Shown here: positions 9,856 through 19,672 of the stretch, in pieces
Layout: the number at the start of each line of letters is the position of its first letter
Position numbering within the stretch: position 1 is the first letter of the stretch
From: Candidatus Eiseniibacteriota bacterium
Lineage (GTDB): Bacteria > Eisenbacteria > RBG-16-71-46 > SZUA-252
Direction of reading: 5' to 3'
Assembly: GCA_031370645.1 (NCBI GenBank)
Contig: JANMQV010000152.1
Location: forward strand, 1 to 64,000
DNA length: 64,000 nucleotides
Notes under the pieces: model-generated
The model's database searches: none
What the model was told of the DNA's origin: nothing
Seen by the model: only the letters and a program-made list of their open reading frames with translations
Made by a program: the position numbers and the translations under genes

Positions 9856-9918
9856 TCGCTCGTTCGAGGACGAGGGAATGAGATCCGGGGCGCCTCCGGG
9901 CGCCCCGGAGCCCCGAAT

Positions 9919-12231
9919 ATGCCGGAACCACGCCAACCGAACGAAGCAGCGGACGCCCTGATCGGGCGGCTTGAGGACTTACTTGCCCGCGCGCGCTTCT
10001 CCGATGCGCTCGACGCGGTCACCGAGGCCCATGCCGCCGGCGTTGTCGACGAGGAGATGGAAACCCCGCTCCTCCTCGCGCGTTGCCGCGCCCTCCTTGG
10101 GCTCGGACGGTGGCGCGACGTCGCGGAGAGCGCCGAGCAGAAGCTCGAGGAGCTCTACGCCCTTCATCCCGACGACAAGCGATCGATCCTCGAATTCCAC
10201 ATCGCCGCCGGCCGCGCCGCCTGGCGCCTCGGTCGGCCTCCGCGCGCGGAGGAGCATTTCCGCGCCGCCTATCACATCAGCCGCTGGGACTTCGAAGACA
10301 CCGGCGGCATGCTTCGCACGCGGAACCTCCTTGGGCTCTGTTTCCTTGGCGCCGGCGATCTCCATCGCGCCGCCGCTGAATTCGAGCGCGGCCGGAAGGA
10401 AGCATCCGACGCCGGCCTCTACCACGAGGAAGCGGCCTTCGCGCTGAACGGCTCGATCGCGGCCTTGAAGCTCGGCCGGCTCGACCGCGCCGAGGCTGAA
10501 CTCGATCGCGCGCGCCTCCTCTACGGAGAGCGCGGTCACTCTCGCGGCAAGGTTCAAGCTCGGCTCGTGCGCGCCTGGCTGCTTCGTCTGCGCGGCGAAC
10601 TTCGCGCGTCCGACTGGGAGGCGCGAGGCGCCCTCTCCGAGGCGGAGGAACACGGATTCGAACGCGAGCGCGTGATCGCCCTCGAGTATCTGGGCGAGGT
10701 CGCGCTCGACCGCCACGACAATCAGGCCGCGATCGAACGGCTCGACGAAGCGCTCGTCCTGGCGGAACGGCTTGCCCCCGAGGGCGACCTGATCCCCGAA
10801 CTCTGCCGCCGCATCGCCGAAGTCCACGCGCGGATCGGCGAGCCGAATCGCGCCCTCGTCACCTGCGAGCGCGGGCTTCGGATCGCGAAGCGGATCAACG
10901 ATCGCTACGAAGAGGCCGCGACGTATCGCGTCATGGCGACCGCGAACCTCCTCCTGGGACACCGGGAGCGTGCCATCCGGACGGCGCAGGAGGGAATTCA
11001 GGCGCTTCGGAAGCTGGAAGCGGCCCACGAACTCCTCCGCCTGCTCGTCTGGACCGGCGAGACGCTCCTGGCCGGCGGCGACGCCGAAGATCGGCGCCAG
11101 GCTCGCGACTTCCTCTGGGAGGCGCGGAGCCTCGCCATGACGATGCGGCTCGGGTCGTACATCGAGCGCGTCGAGAAAGTCCTGGGCGTCGAACTTAGAG
11201 CCCTTCCCGCGCAGGAAGCGGTACCTCCGCCCGCGGCGGAAGTGCCGCCGTCGCGCGCCGACGCGGGCTCGTTCCGCTACGGAATCGTGACCGCCGATCC
11301 GCGCATGATCGATCTCCTGAAGACCGTGGAGCGCGCGGCCAATAGCCGCCTCCCGATCCTCATCCTCGGCGAAAGCGGCGTCGGGAAGGAACTTATCGCT
11401 CGCGCCGCGCACGCCATGAGCGAGCGCCGCGATGGCGTCTTCGTCGTGAGCCATTGCGCGGCACTTCCCGAAGGGCAGCTCGACGTGGAGCTATTCGGCG
11501 AAGAGTCGGACGTCGGGACCGCGGGGCGGACCACGCGCCCGGGCCTCTTCGAAGCGGCGAATCGCGGCGTTATCTTCCTCGACGAGGTGAGCGAACTCCT
11601 CACCGGCGCTCAAGCGAAGCTGCTTCGCGTCATCGAGAACGGCGAACTACGGCGCGTCGGCGGTGTGGCGCTTCAGCAGGTGGATGTTCGCGTCATCGCG
11701 GCCTCCACGCGCGAGGTGCCCTCACTCGTGCGGCGCGGGCTTTTCCGCGACGATCTCTACTACCGCCTCAACGGGATTCGGCTCGAAGTGCCGCCGCTTC
11801 GCGAACGCCCCGCCGACATTCGCCTCATCGGCACCTATCTCCTCGAGCGGGCCGGCAAGCAGGCGCGGAAGTCGATCACCCTGAAGGAAGAGGCCTGGGC
11901 GCTCCTTGAGGTGCACGGCTGGCCGGGCAATGTTCGCGAATTGCGGAACGTCCTCGATCGGGTCGTGGCACTCGGCCGTGACGGCGACGTGGCGGGTCCC
12001 GAGACGATTCAACTGCCGAGTCCGCGCTCCGTGGCCGGACGCGCCGGCATGCGCGGGCGCCCCACCTCGAAGAAGGAGACGGGGGTGGAGCGCGACTCGA
12101 TCGTGAACGCCCTCCGCGTGAACCGCGGCAATCAGTCCGAGGCGGCGCGGAGCCTCAATGGCATGAAGCGGACGACGCTCCTTTACAAGATGAAGAAGCA
12201 CGACATCCGTCCCGAGGAATACGGCGCCTAA
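9919..12231 (+). CDS. TPR-repeat + sigma54-activator-type AAA+ + Fis HTH regulator
   Basis: About 420 aa of TPR-like helices, GESGVGKE, IFLDEV, FRDDLYYRLN, WPGNVRELRN, HTH GNQSEAARSL..MKRTTLLYKMKK. GAFTGA loop absent. Confidence 0.9.
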   Translation: MPEPRQPNEAADALIGRLEDLLARARFSDALDAVTEAHAAGVVDEEMETPLLLARCRALLGLGRWRDVAESAEQKLEELYALHPDDKRSILEFHIAAGRAAWRLGRPPRAEEHFRAAYHISRWDFEDTGGMLRTRNLLGLCFLGAGDLHRAAAEFERGRKEASDAGLYHEEAAFALNGSIAALKLGRLDRAEAELDRARLLYGERGHSRGKVQARLVRAWLLRLRGELRASDWEARGALSEAEEHGFERERVIALEYLGEVALDRHDNQAAIERLDEALVLAERLAPEGDLIPELCRRIAEVHARIGEPNRALVTCERGLRIAKRINDRYEEAATYRVMATANLLLGHRERAIRTAQEGIQALRKLEAAHELLRLLVWTGETLLAGGDAEDRRQARDFLWEARSLAMTMRLGSYIERVEKVLGVELRALPAQEAVPPPAAEVPPSRADAGSFRYGIVTADPRMIDLLKTVERAANSRLPILILGESGVGKELIARAAHAMSERRDGVFVVSHCAALPEGQLDVELFGEESDVGTAGRTTRPGLFEAANRGVIFLDEVSELLTGAQAKLLRVIENGELRRVGGVALQQVDVRVIAASTREVPSLVRRGLFRDDLYYRLNGIRLEVPPLRERPADIRLIGTYLLERAGKQARKSITLKEEAWALLEVHGWPGNVRELRNVLDRVVALGRDGDVAGPETIQLPSPRSVAGRAGMRGRPTSKKETGVERDSIVNALRVNRGNQSEAARSLNGMKRTTLLYKMKKHDIRPEEYGA

Positions 12232-12281
12232 ACGCCGTCCCTCCGTCTCCGCTGTCTCCGGCGTCGCCTCGACGCCGCTCC

Positions 12282-12311
12282 TTGACCGACCCCGCCGCTC
12301 CTTGCTATCGT
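12282..12311 (+). promoter_or_regulatory. Promoter TTGACC-N18-TATCGT (extended TG) for nuoI-ZIP
   Basis: Direct match, overlapped by a 12-bp direct repeat. Confidence 0.55.
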
Positions 12312-12403
12312 TCCTTCGCGCTTGAACGATAACGAGCGCATCCCGAAGCACTTACGCGTCGGTCCCACGGGCCCGCCGTCACGACTCCCGAGGAGCGCCT
12401 TTC

Positions 12404-12859
12404 ATGGTCCAGGAATTGATGCGGGGCCTTTCGATCACCCTGTCGCACCTCTTCAAGAAGCCGGTCACGCTCAAGTATCCCGAGCAGCGGATGGAGATGT
12501 TCCCGCGCTTCCGCGGGCTCCACGAACTCCACCGCTACGCGAATGGGCTCGAGCGTTGCGTTTGCTGCGGTTTGTGCGCCGCGGTTTGTCCCGCCGACGC
12601 GATCTACATGGAAGCGGCCGAGAACACCGAGACCGCGCGTTTTTCGGCCGGCGAGCGCTACGCCAAGCGATATGAGATCGACATGCTTCGCTGCATTTTC
12701 TGCGGCTACTGCGAGGAGGCGTGCCCGGAGGACGCTGTTTTCCTCGGACACAACTTCGAGCTCTCCGACGTCTCGCGCGACGCCTTCATCTACTCCAAGG
12801 AGCAGCTCCTCGTCCCCGTCGGGACGACCCACACTCCCGGCATCGTCCGCGGCCGCTGA
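12404..12859 (+). CDS. nuoI: NADH-quinone oxidoreductase subunit I
   Basis: [25 protein letters not shown] and [12 protein letters not shown] (two 4Fe-4S motifs). Confidence 0.95.
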   Translation: MVQELMRGLSITLSHLFKKPVTLKYPEQRMEMFPRFRGLHELHRYANGLERCVCCGLCAAVCPADAIYMEAAENTETARFSAGERYAKRYEIDMLRCIFCGYCEEACPEDAVFLGHNFELSDVSRDAFIYSKEQLLVPVGTTHTPGIVRGR

Positions 12860-12885
12860 CGTGCGGCCTCGCGGGGTGAACCGCG

Positions 12886-13656
12886 GTGGCTGAGGGCTGG
12901 CCGCTCGCTATCGCCTGCGGGGTGATGGCCGGCCTCGCGAACGTGACCGGCGGCCTGCTCGCCGTCAGTAACCGCACCTGGGACCACGTCCGGCAATCGT
13001 ATCTCGTCGCGTTCGGCGCCGGATTCATGCTCGCGGCGGTCATCCTCCGGATGATTCCCGAGAGCTACCGCTTGAACGTCGCGACGAGCGGCGACGCGGG
13101 GAAGGCCTTCTCGGTCGGCGCGCTCCTCCTCACCGGCTATCTCCTCGTCCACTTCGCCGAGCACGTACTCCTGGGACACTTCCATTTCGGCGAGGAGACG
13201 CACCACGAGCATTGGGTGAAGCCGGTGGTCGGGACCACCGCCCTCTTGGGACTCGCGCTCCACACCCTTTTCGACGGCGTCTCGATCGGCTCCGGATTCC
13301 TCGTGACGCCGACGCTCGGAATGTTGGTCGCCGTCGCGGTTTTCCTGCACAAGGTTCCGGAGGGGTTCACGGTCGCCTCCATCATGGTGGCCGCGGGGCG
13401 GACACGGCGTGAAGCCGTGATGGGCGCCGTCTGGCTCGGCGCCGCGACGGTGCTCGGCGTGGCGACCATCTCCATCTGGTCCTCCTTCGTGCACATCGCC
13501 CTCCCCCTCTCGGCCGGGGCGGGGCTTTATGTGGCGGCGTCGGACCTGATTCCGGCTGTGAACGAGGCGAAGGGGATCCGGAAGCCGCTGGCAGTCTTCG
13601 GCGGTGTCTTCCTCTTCGCGATCACCGAACTCGGGCTGGAGGCATTGGGGCTCTGA
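12886..13656 (+). CDS. ZIP family metal transporter
   Basis: Multi-[10 protein letters not shown], His-rich loop [36 protein letters not shown]. Confidence 0.9.
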   Translation: MAEGWPLAIACGVMAGLANVTGGLLAVSNRTWDHVRQSYLVAFGAGFMLAAVILRMIPESYRLNVATSGDAGKAFSVGALLLTGYLLVHFAEHVLLGHFHFGEETHHEHWVKPVVGTTALLGLALHTLFDGVSIGSGFLVTPTLGMLVAVAVFLHKVPEGFTVASIMVAAGRTRREAVMGAVWLGAATVLGVATISIWSSFVHIALPLSAGAGLYVAASDLIPAVNEAKGIRKPLAVFGGVFLFAITELGLEALGL

Positions 13657-13677
13657 TCGAGGTACCCAGGCGCGCCG

Positions 13678-13707
13678 TTGACGCCCCCCGGCACCCCCTG
13701 CTAGGCT
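13678..13707 (+). promoter_or_regulatory. Promoter TTGACG-N18-TAGGCT (extended TG) for nuoB-D-F-G
   Basis: Direct match in the intergenic gap. Confidence 0.6.
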
Positions 13708-13780
13708 TTGCGGCTCAAGATCTTCCCCGCGTCGATGGCCCGGCGTCCGCCGGTCCCGCGCCGGGTTCTGGAGTGAATCC

Positions 13781-14311
<531 letters not shown>

Positions 14312-14321
14312 TCGGAACGAC

Positions 14322-15539
14322 ATGAGCACCACCGCCACGACGCCCGACCCGGCCGCGACCGGCACCACGCCCGAATTCAACACGATCACGATCAACATGG
14401 GGCCCCAGCACCCCAGCACCCACGGCGTGCTGCGCCTCATCATCGAACTCGACGGCGAGATCGTGCGATCGGTCCGTCCCGTGATGGGATACCTCCACAC
14501 GGGGATGGAAAAGATCATGGAGTCGAAGACCTACACGAAGTCGATCACGGTCACCGACCGGATGGACTACATGTCTCCGCTCGGGAACAACATGGCCTAC
14601 GTCGGCGCCGTGGAACGGATTCTCGGCATCGACGTCCCCGAGCGGGCGCGGACGCTCCGCGTCATTCTCCTCGAGCTGATGCGCATCTCGTCGCACCTCG
14701 TCTGGCTCGGGACGCACGCGATCGACCTCGGCGCCATGAGCGTGTTCCTCTACTGCTTCCGCGAACGCGAGAAGCTCCTCGACGTGAACGACATGGTGTC
14801 GGGCTCGCGCATGACGCCCTCCTATTTCCGCGTCGGCGGCTTCTATCAGGACGTTCCGGACATCTTCGTGCCGCACGTTCGGAAATTCCTCGACGAATTC
14901 CCGAAGGCGCTGGCCGAGTATCAGAATCTACTCACGAAGAACCGGATCTGGATGCAGCGCACCATCGGCGTGGGCGTCATGTCGGGCGAGCAGGCGATCA
15001 GCCTCGGCTGCACTGGAGCGACGCTCCGCGGAAGCGGCATCAAGTACGACGTCCGGAAAGCGAAGCCCTACCTCGGATACGAGACGTACGACTTCGAGAT
15101 CCCGCTCGGGAAGAGCGGCGACGTCTACGACCGCTACCTCGTTCGCATCGAGGAAATGAAGCAGTCGCTCCGCATCATTCGCCAGGGGCTCGACCGGCTG
15201 AAGCCCGGTTCCGTGCGCTCCGACTATCCGTATCTCTTCCCGGCCAAGCGCGAAGATGTGAAGAGCGGCATGGAAGAGCTCATCTACCATTTCAAGATCA
15301 TGTCCGAGGGATTCGCCGTGCCGACGGGAGACGCCTACTACTCCATCGAATCGCCGAAGGGAGAACTCGGCTTCTACGTCGTCGCCGACGGCGGTCCGAA
15401 GCCCTACCGCGTGCACGTTCGCCCGCCCTCGTTCATCCATCTCATGTCGCTCGAGCCGATGGCCATCGGTCGTCTCGTGAGCGACTTGGTCGCCTGCATC
15501 GGCAGCATCGATATCGTGCTCGGGGAGGTCGATCGGTAA
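14322..15539 (+). CDS. nuoD: NADH-quinone oxidoreductase subunit D
   Basis: NMGPQHPSTHGVLRL, ESPKGELGFY, SIDIVLGEVDR. No NuoC fusion. Confidence 0.97.
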   Translation: MSTTATTPDPAATGTTPEFNTITINMGPQHPSTHGVLRLIIELDGEIVRSVRPVMGYLHTGMEKIMESKTYTKSITVTDRMDYMSPLGNNMAYVGAVERILGIDVPERARTLRVILLELMRISSHLVWLGTHAIDLGAMSVFLYCFREREKLLDVNDMVSGSRMTPSYFRVGGFYQDVPDIFVPHVRKFLDEFPKALAEYQNLLTKNRIWMQRTIGVGVMSGEQAISLGCTGATLRGSGIKYDVRKAKPYLGYETYDFEIPLGKSGDVYDRYLVRIEEMKQSLRIIRQGLDRLKPGSVRSDYPYLFPAKREDVKSGMEELIYHFKIMSEGFAVPTGDAYYSIESPKGELGFYVVADGGPKPYRVHVRPPSFIHLMSLEPMAIGRLVSDLVACIGSIDIVLGEVDR

Positions 15540-15541
15540 CC

Positions 15542-16828
15542 ATGAGCGGACCCAGCGGAGCGGTACTCACGAAGACCGTCCATCTTCCGAATTCCCACAC
15601 CCTCGACGTCTACCGCCAGCACGGCGGATACGAAGCGCTCGCCATCGCCCTGAAAAAGACTCCCGACGACATCATCGACATGGTGAAACGCTCGGGTCTC
15701 CGCGGCCGCGGCGGCGCCGGATTCCCGGCGGGCACGAAGTGGGGATTCGTTCCGAAGAACACCGACAAGCCGAAGTACATGTGCGTGAACGCCGACGAGA
15801 GCGAGCCGGGCGCGTTCAAGGACCGCCTGATCTGCGCTAAGGACCCGCATCAGTTGATCGAGGGGACCGTGATCGGCGCGTTCGCCATCGGCGCGCATCG
15901 CTCCTACATCTACGTTCGAGGGGAATTCGCCGCGGAGGCGCGCATTCTTGACGCCGCGATCGCGGAGGCGCGGAAGGCGGGGCTCGTCGGGAAGAACATT
16001 CTGAACTCCGGCTTCGACTGCGAAGTGACCGTCTATCGCGGCGCGGGCGCCTACATCTGCGGCGAGGAGACGGGCCTCATCGAATCGATCGAAGGAAAGC
16101 GCGGCCAGCCTCGCCTGAAGCCGCCCTTCCCGGCGGTGGTCGGCCTCTTCGGCTGCCCGACCGTCGTGAACAACGTCGAGACGCTCGCTTGCGTGCCTCA
16201 CATCGTGAAGCACGGGTGGGAGTGGTTCGCCGGTATCGGGACGGAGCGAAACACGGGGCCGAAGCTTTATGGGCTCTCGGGCCACGTGGTGAAGCCGGGC
16301 GTCTACGAGGCGCCGATGGGCATTCCGCTTCGGAAACTGATCGACGAATTCGGCGGCGGCGTTCCCGGCGGACGCCCCATCAAGGCGGTCATCCCCGGCG
16401 GCGCGTCGTGCCCGGTGCTTCGCGGCGACGAGATCGACGTGCCGATGGACTTCGACAGCATGACCCGGGCGGGGTCGCTCTTCGGCACCGGCACGCCGGT
16501 GGTGATGGACGACACCTGCTGCATGGTGAAGGCCGCGTGGATCACGGCGCGCTTCTTCGCGCACGAATCGTGCGGTCAATGCACGCCCTGCCGCGAAGGG
16601 GCCGGGTGGCTCCAGCGGCTCCTCTGGAAGATCGAGACGGGGCAGGGCGAGGAGAAGGACATCGACACGCTCCTCTCCGTGACCGACCAGATCGAGGGGA
16701 ACACGATCTGCGCATTGGGCGACGCGGCGGCCTGGCCGGCGCGCGGCTTCGCGAAGAAATTCCGAGACGAGTTCATCCAGCACATCCGCGAGAAGCGCTG
16801 CCCCCTGGGCGGCGGCTCGCTGAATTGA
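15542..16828 (+). CDS. nuoF: NADH-quinone oxidoreductase subunit F
   Basis: SGLRGRGGAGFPAG, NADESEPG, GAGAYICGEET, ESCGQCTPCREG. Confidence 0.97.
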   Translation: MSGPSGAVLTKTVHLPNSHTLDVYRQHGGYEALAIALKKTPDDIIDMVKRSGLRGRGGAGFPAGTKWGFVPKNTDKPKYMCVNADESEPGAFKDRLICAKDPHQLIEGTVIGAFAIGAHRSYIYVRGEFAAEARILDAAIAEARKAGLVGKNILNSGFDCEVTVYRGAGAYICGEETGLIESIEGKRGQPRLKPPFPAVVGLFGCPTVVNNVETLACVPHIVKHGWEWFAGIGTERNTGPKLYGLSGHVVKPGVYEAPMGIPLRKLIDEFGGGVPGGRPIKAVIPGGASCPVLRGDEIDVPMDFDSMTRAGSLFGTGTPVVMDDTCCMVKAAWITARFFAHESCGQCTPCREGAGWLQRLLWKIETGQGEEKDIDTLLSVTDQIEGNTICALGDAAAWPARGFAKKFRDEFIQHIREKRCPLGGGSLN

Positions 16829-16838
16829 GGGAGCGCCC

Positions 16839-18467
16839 ATGGCGAACGTGACGCTGAAGATCGACGGCCGGAGCGTGTCGGTCCCGAAGGGGACGAACCT
16901 CGTGGAAGCGGGGAAGACGGCCGGTGTCTTCACGCCGCACTTCTGCTACCACCCGGGCCTCCCGGTGGTCGGCGTCTGCCGCATCTGCCTGGTCGAGATC
17001 GAGGGGCGCCCGAAGCTCGTGGCCGGCTGCGCCACGCCGGCCGAGGAGGGGATGACCGTCATCACCCGCTCGGCGAAGGTGAAGGAAGCGCGCCGCGCCG
17101 TGATGGAGTTCCTTCTCATCCACCATCCGCTCGACTGCCCCATGTGCGACAAGGGAGGCGAGTGCACCCTCCAAGATTACACCGTCGCCATGAGCGGCCC
17201 CGCCACGCGCTTCAAGTTCGAGAAGAACACGTGGCCCGAGGAGGACGTGGGCGGAAAGCTCATCCTCAACAAGAACCGCTGCATCCTCTGCCTCCGCTGC
17301 GTGAATCTCTGCAAGGACGTGGCGGGTATCGAAGAGATCGCGGTCTTGGCGCGCGGCGAGGAGACCTACATCGGCACGATCGGCGGCCAGAAGATCGAGA
17401 ACGAACTGGCCGGAAACATCGCCGACATCTGCCCGGTGGGCGCCCTGACGAGCAAGGATTTCCGCTTCAAGAGCCGCCCGTGGGAATTGAAGAATTCGCC
17501 GTCGGTCTGCACGCTCTGCTCCAAGGGGTGTAACACGATCGTCGGCTACCATCCGCGGCGCGACGAAGTGCTTCGCTTCACGGCGCGCGAGAACATGGAC
17601 GTGAACCAATGGTGGATCTGCGACCGCGGCCGCGGGCAGTTCCATTCGATTCACGCGCCGAACCGCCTGTCGGGGCCGGTTCGTCGCGATAACGGGAGCG
17701 TGAAGCCGGTGCTCTGGCACGAGGCGATCCCCGCGATCGCGGCGGCGCTAAAGAGCGTCATCGCGAAGAGCGGCGCCGGTGCCGTGGGCGTCGTCGCCTC
17801 CGCCGAACTGACGAACGAAGAGCTCTTCCTCGCGCGGACGATCTTCCGCGACAAGCTTGGGGTCGCGAACTTCGATTTCCCGGCCCGGCCGCAACCGCCG
17901 GTCGTCTATCCCAAGTTCACGATCGAAGGCGACAAGAATCCGAACACGCGCGGCGCTCGCGCCCTCGGGATTGCGCCGGGGCAGGGCGGACGCTCCGTTC
18001 GGGACATCATCCAGGCGGCGGCGGAGGGGGAAATTCGCGCCCTCGTCTTCCTGCGTGGCGGCGACCTCGACACGTTCGGCGATGCCGCCCTCGTGGCGCG
18101 CGCGCTCGAGCGGGTGGAACTCCTCGTCGTTCTCGACACGCACGCCTCGCCCGTGAGCGAGAAGGCGCACTGGGTCCTGGCGGGAGCAACGCACGTCGAG
18201 AAGGACGGCACCTACACGAACTCGCAGGGGCGCGTGCAGCGTGTCCAGCGTGTTTTCACGACCTCGCGCGACATCCGCGAGGATTGGCGCGTGCTCCAAG
18301 AGTTGGGACTCGCGCTCGGAGCGTTCTCGGAGCGCGTGGCCGGCGCCGAGGAACTCTTCGCGCGGCTCGCCGCCGCGAATCCGGCGTTCCGCGGGCTCAC
18401 GTACACATCGGTGGGGGAACTTGGTGCGCCGCTCGCCTCCGCGACGGCGGACGTCGCCGTGGGTTGA
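16839..18467 (+). CDS. nuoG: NADH-quinone oxidoreductase subunit G (542 aa)
   Basis: FCYHP..CRICLVE, HPLDCPMCDKGGEC.LQD, RCILCLRC, ICPVGAL, CTLCSKGC...ICDRGR, molybdopterin-like C-terminal EKDGTYTN. Confidence 0.92.
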   Translation: MANVTLKIDGRSVSVPKGTNLVEAGKTAGVFTPHFCYHPGLPVVGVCRICLVEIEGRPKLVAGCATPAEEGMTVITRSAKVKEARRAVMEFLLIHHPLDCPMCDKGGECTLQDYTVAMSGPATRFKFEKNTWPEEDVGGKLILNKNRCILCLRCVNLCKDVAGIEEIAVLARGEETYIGTIGGQKIENELAGNIADICPVGALTSKDFRFKSRPWELKNSPSVCTLCSKGCNTIVGYHPRRDEVLRFTARENMDVNQWWICDRGRGQFHSIHAPNRLSGPVRRDNGSVKPVLWHEAIPAIAAALKSVIAKSGAGAVGVVASAELTNEELFLARTIFRDKLGVANFDFPARPQPPVVYPKFTIEGDKNPNTRGARALGIAPGQGGRSVRDIIQAAAEGEIRALVFLRGGDLDTFGDAALVARALERVELLVVLDTHASPVSEKAHWVLAGATHVEKDGTYTNSQGRVQRVQRVFTTSRDIREDWRVLQELGLALGAFSERVAGAEELFARLAAANPAFRGLTYTSVGELGAPLASATADVAVG

Positions 18468-19545
18468 TCCCGACCGACGCCGCCGGCTCCTCCTCGCGCT
18501 CCCCAAAACCGACCTCCACGTTCACCTCGACGGATCGCTCCGCCCGGAATCGCTCCTCGAGATGGCGCGAGAGCAGCGGCTACGGCTCCCGATCACGGAC
18601 GCCGACGCGCTCGATGCGTTCCTCGATTCACTCACCTCGGGTGTCAGTCTCCCGGAATATCTGAAAGCTTTCGACCTCACGCTCCGCGTGCTCCAGACGC
18701 GCGAGGCGCTCGTCCGCGCGGCGTTTGAACTGGCGGAAGACTCGCATCTGGAAAATGTCCGCTACCTGGAAGTCCGCTACTGCCCGGCGCTCCACACGCG
18801 CCGCGGGCTTTCGATGGGGGAGACGGTGGAGGCGGTCGAGCACGGCCTGAAGCGCGCGCGGCGCCGCTACGGCATCCAGAGCGGAATCATCATCTGCGGC
18901 ATCCGGCACATGAGCCCCCGGCTCACGAATCGCCTCGCCGAGGTAGCGGTGGCGTACGCGGGGAAGGGTGTGGTCGCCTTCGATCTGGCCGGGGCCGAGC
19001 GTGATTTTCCCGCGAAGGCGCATAGCCGGGCCTTCCGCCTCGTTGCGAAGAACAACATGAACGTGACGGTGCACGCCGGAGAGGCGTACGGGCCGGAGAG
19101 CATCGCCCAGGCGCTCCACTACTGCAGCGCGCACCGGATCGGGCACGGCACACGACTCGGCGAAAACCGCGAGATCCTCGACTACGTGAACGACCACCGG
19201 ATCCCGCTCGAAATGTGCCTCACGTCGAACGTCCAGACCGGTGCGGTCCGCCGTGCGAGCGCCCACCCGTTCCTCCGGTACCTGAGGCTGGGTCTTCGCG
19301 TCACGCTCAACACCGACAATCGGCTCGTCTCCCGGACCACGATGACGCAGGAGCTCGACCGGGCGGTCACGACGTTCAAACTGACGCCGAACGATATCCG
19401 GCACGTCTTGGTGAACGGCTTCAAGTCGGCGTTCCTTCCCGTCGCTCGGAAGGCGGCCCTCCTGAGGGCATCCCTCCGCGAGATGGACGGCCTCTTCCGG
19501 CACGCCGGTATCCTCCCGCCGGAACGGGGACCGGAGGTTCTTTGA
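18424..19545 (+). CDS. add: Adenosine deaminase family protein (start uncertain, overlaps nuoG end)
   Basis: LPKTDLHVHLDGS, TVHAGEA, RIGHG, LEMCLTSN, LNTDN. The nearest in-frame starts are TTG 18421 and GTG 18424. Confidence 0.88.
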   Translation: MRRSPPRRRTSPWVDPDRRRRLLLALPKTDLHVHLDGSLRPESLLEMAREQRLRLPITDADALDAFLDSLTSGVSLPEYLKAFDLTLRVLQTREALVRAAFELAEDSHLENVRYLEVRYCPALHTRRGLSMGETVEAVEHGLKRARRRYGIQSGIIICGIRHMSPRLTNRLAEVAVAYAGKGVVAFDLAGAERDFPAKAHSRAFRLVAKNNMNVTVHAGEAYGPESIAQALHYCSAHRIGHGTRLGENREILDYVNDHRIPLEMCLTSNVQTGAVRRASAHPFLRYLRLGLRVTLNTDNRLVSRTTMTQELDRAVTTFKLTPNDIRHVLVNGFKSAFLPVARKAALLRASLREMDGLFRHAGILPPERGPEVL

Positions 19546-19601
19546 GCCGGAACCGCCAAGGGCGCATCCAAACGTCCGGCGGCGGGTTTGCGGCGCATTC
19601 C

Positions 19602-19630
19602 TTGCGCCGTTCGGCCAGGAAGCCTAGACT
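19602..19630 (+). promoter_or_regulatory. Promoter TTGCGC-N17-TAGACT heading the methyltransferase-bsh operon
   Basis: Direct match 43 nt upstream of ATG 19673. Confidence 0.55.
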
Positions 19631-19672
19631 CCTACCCCAAGCATCTACCGCCGTGCACCCGAGGATCACGTC

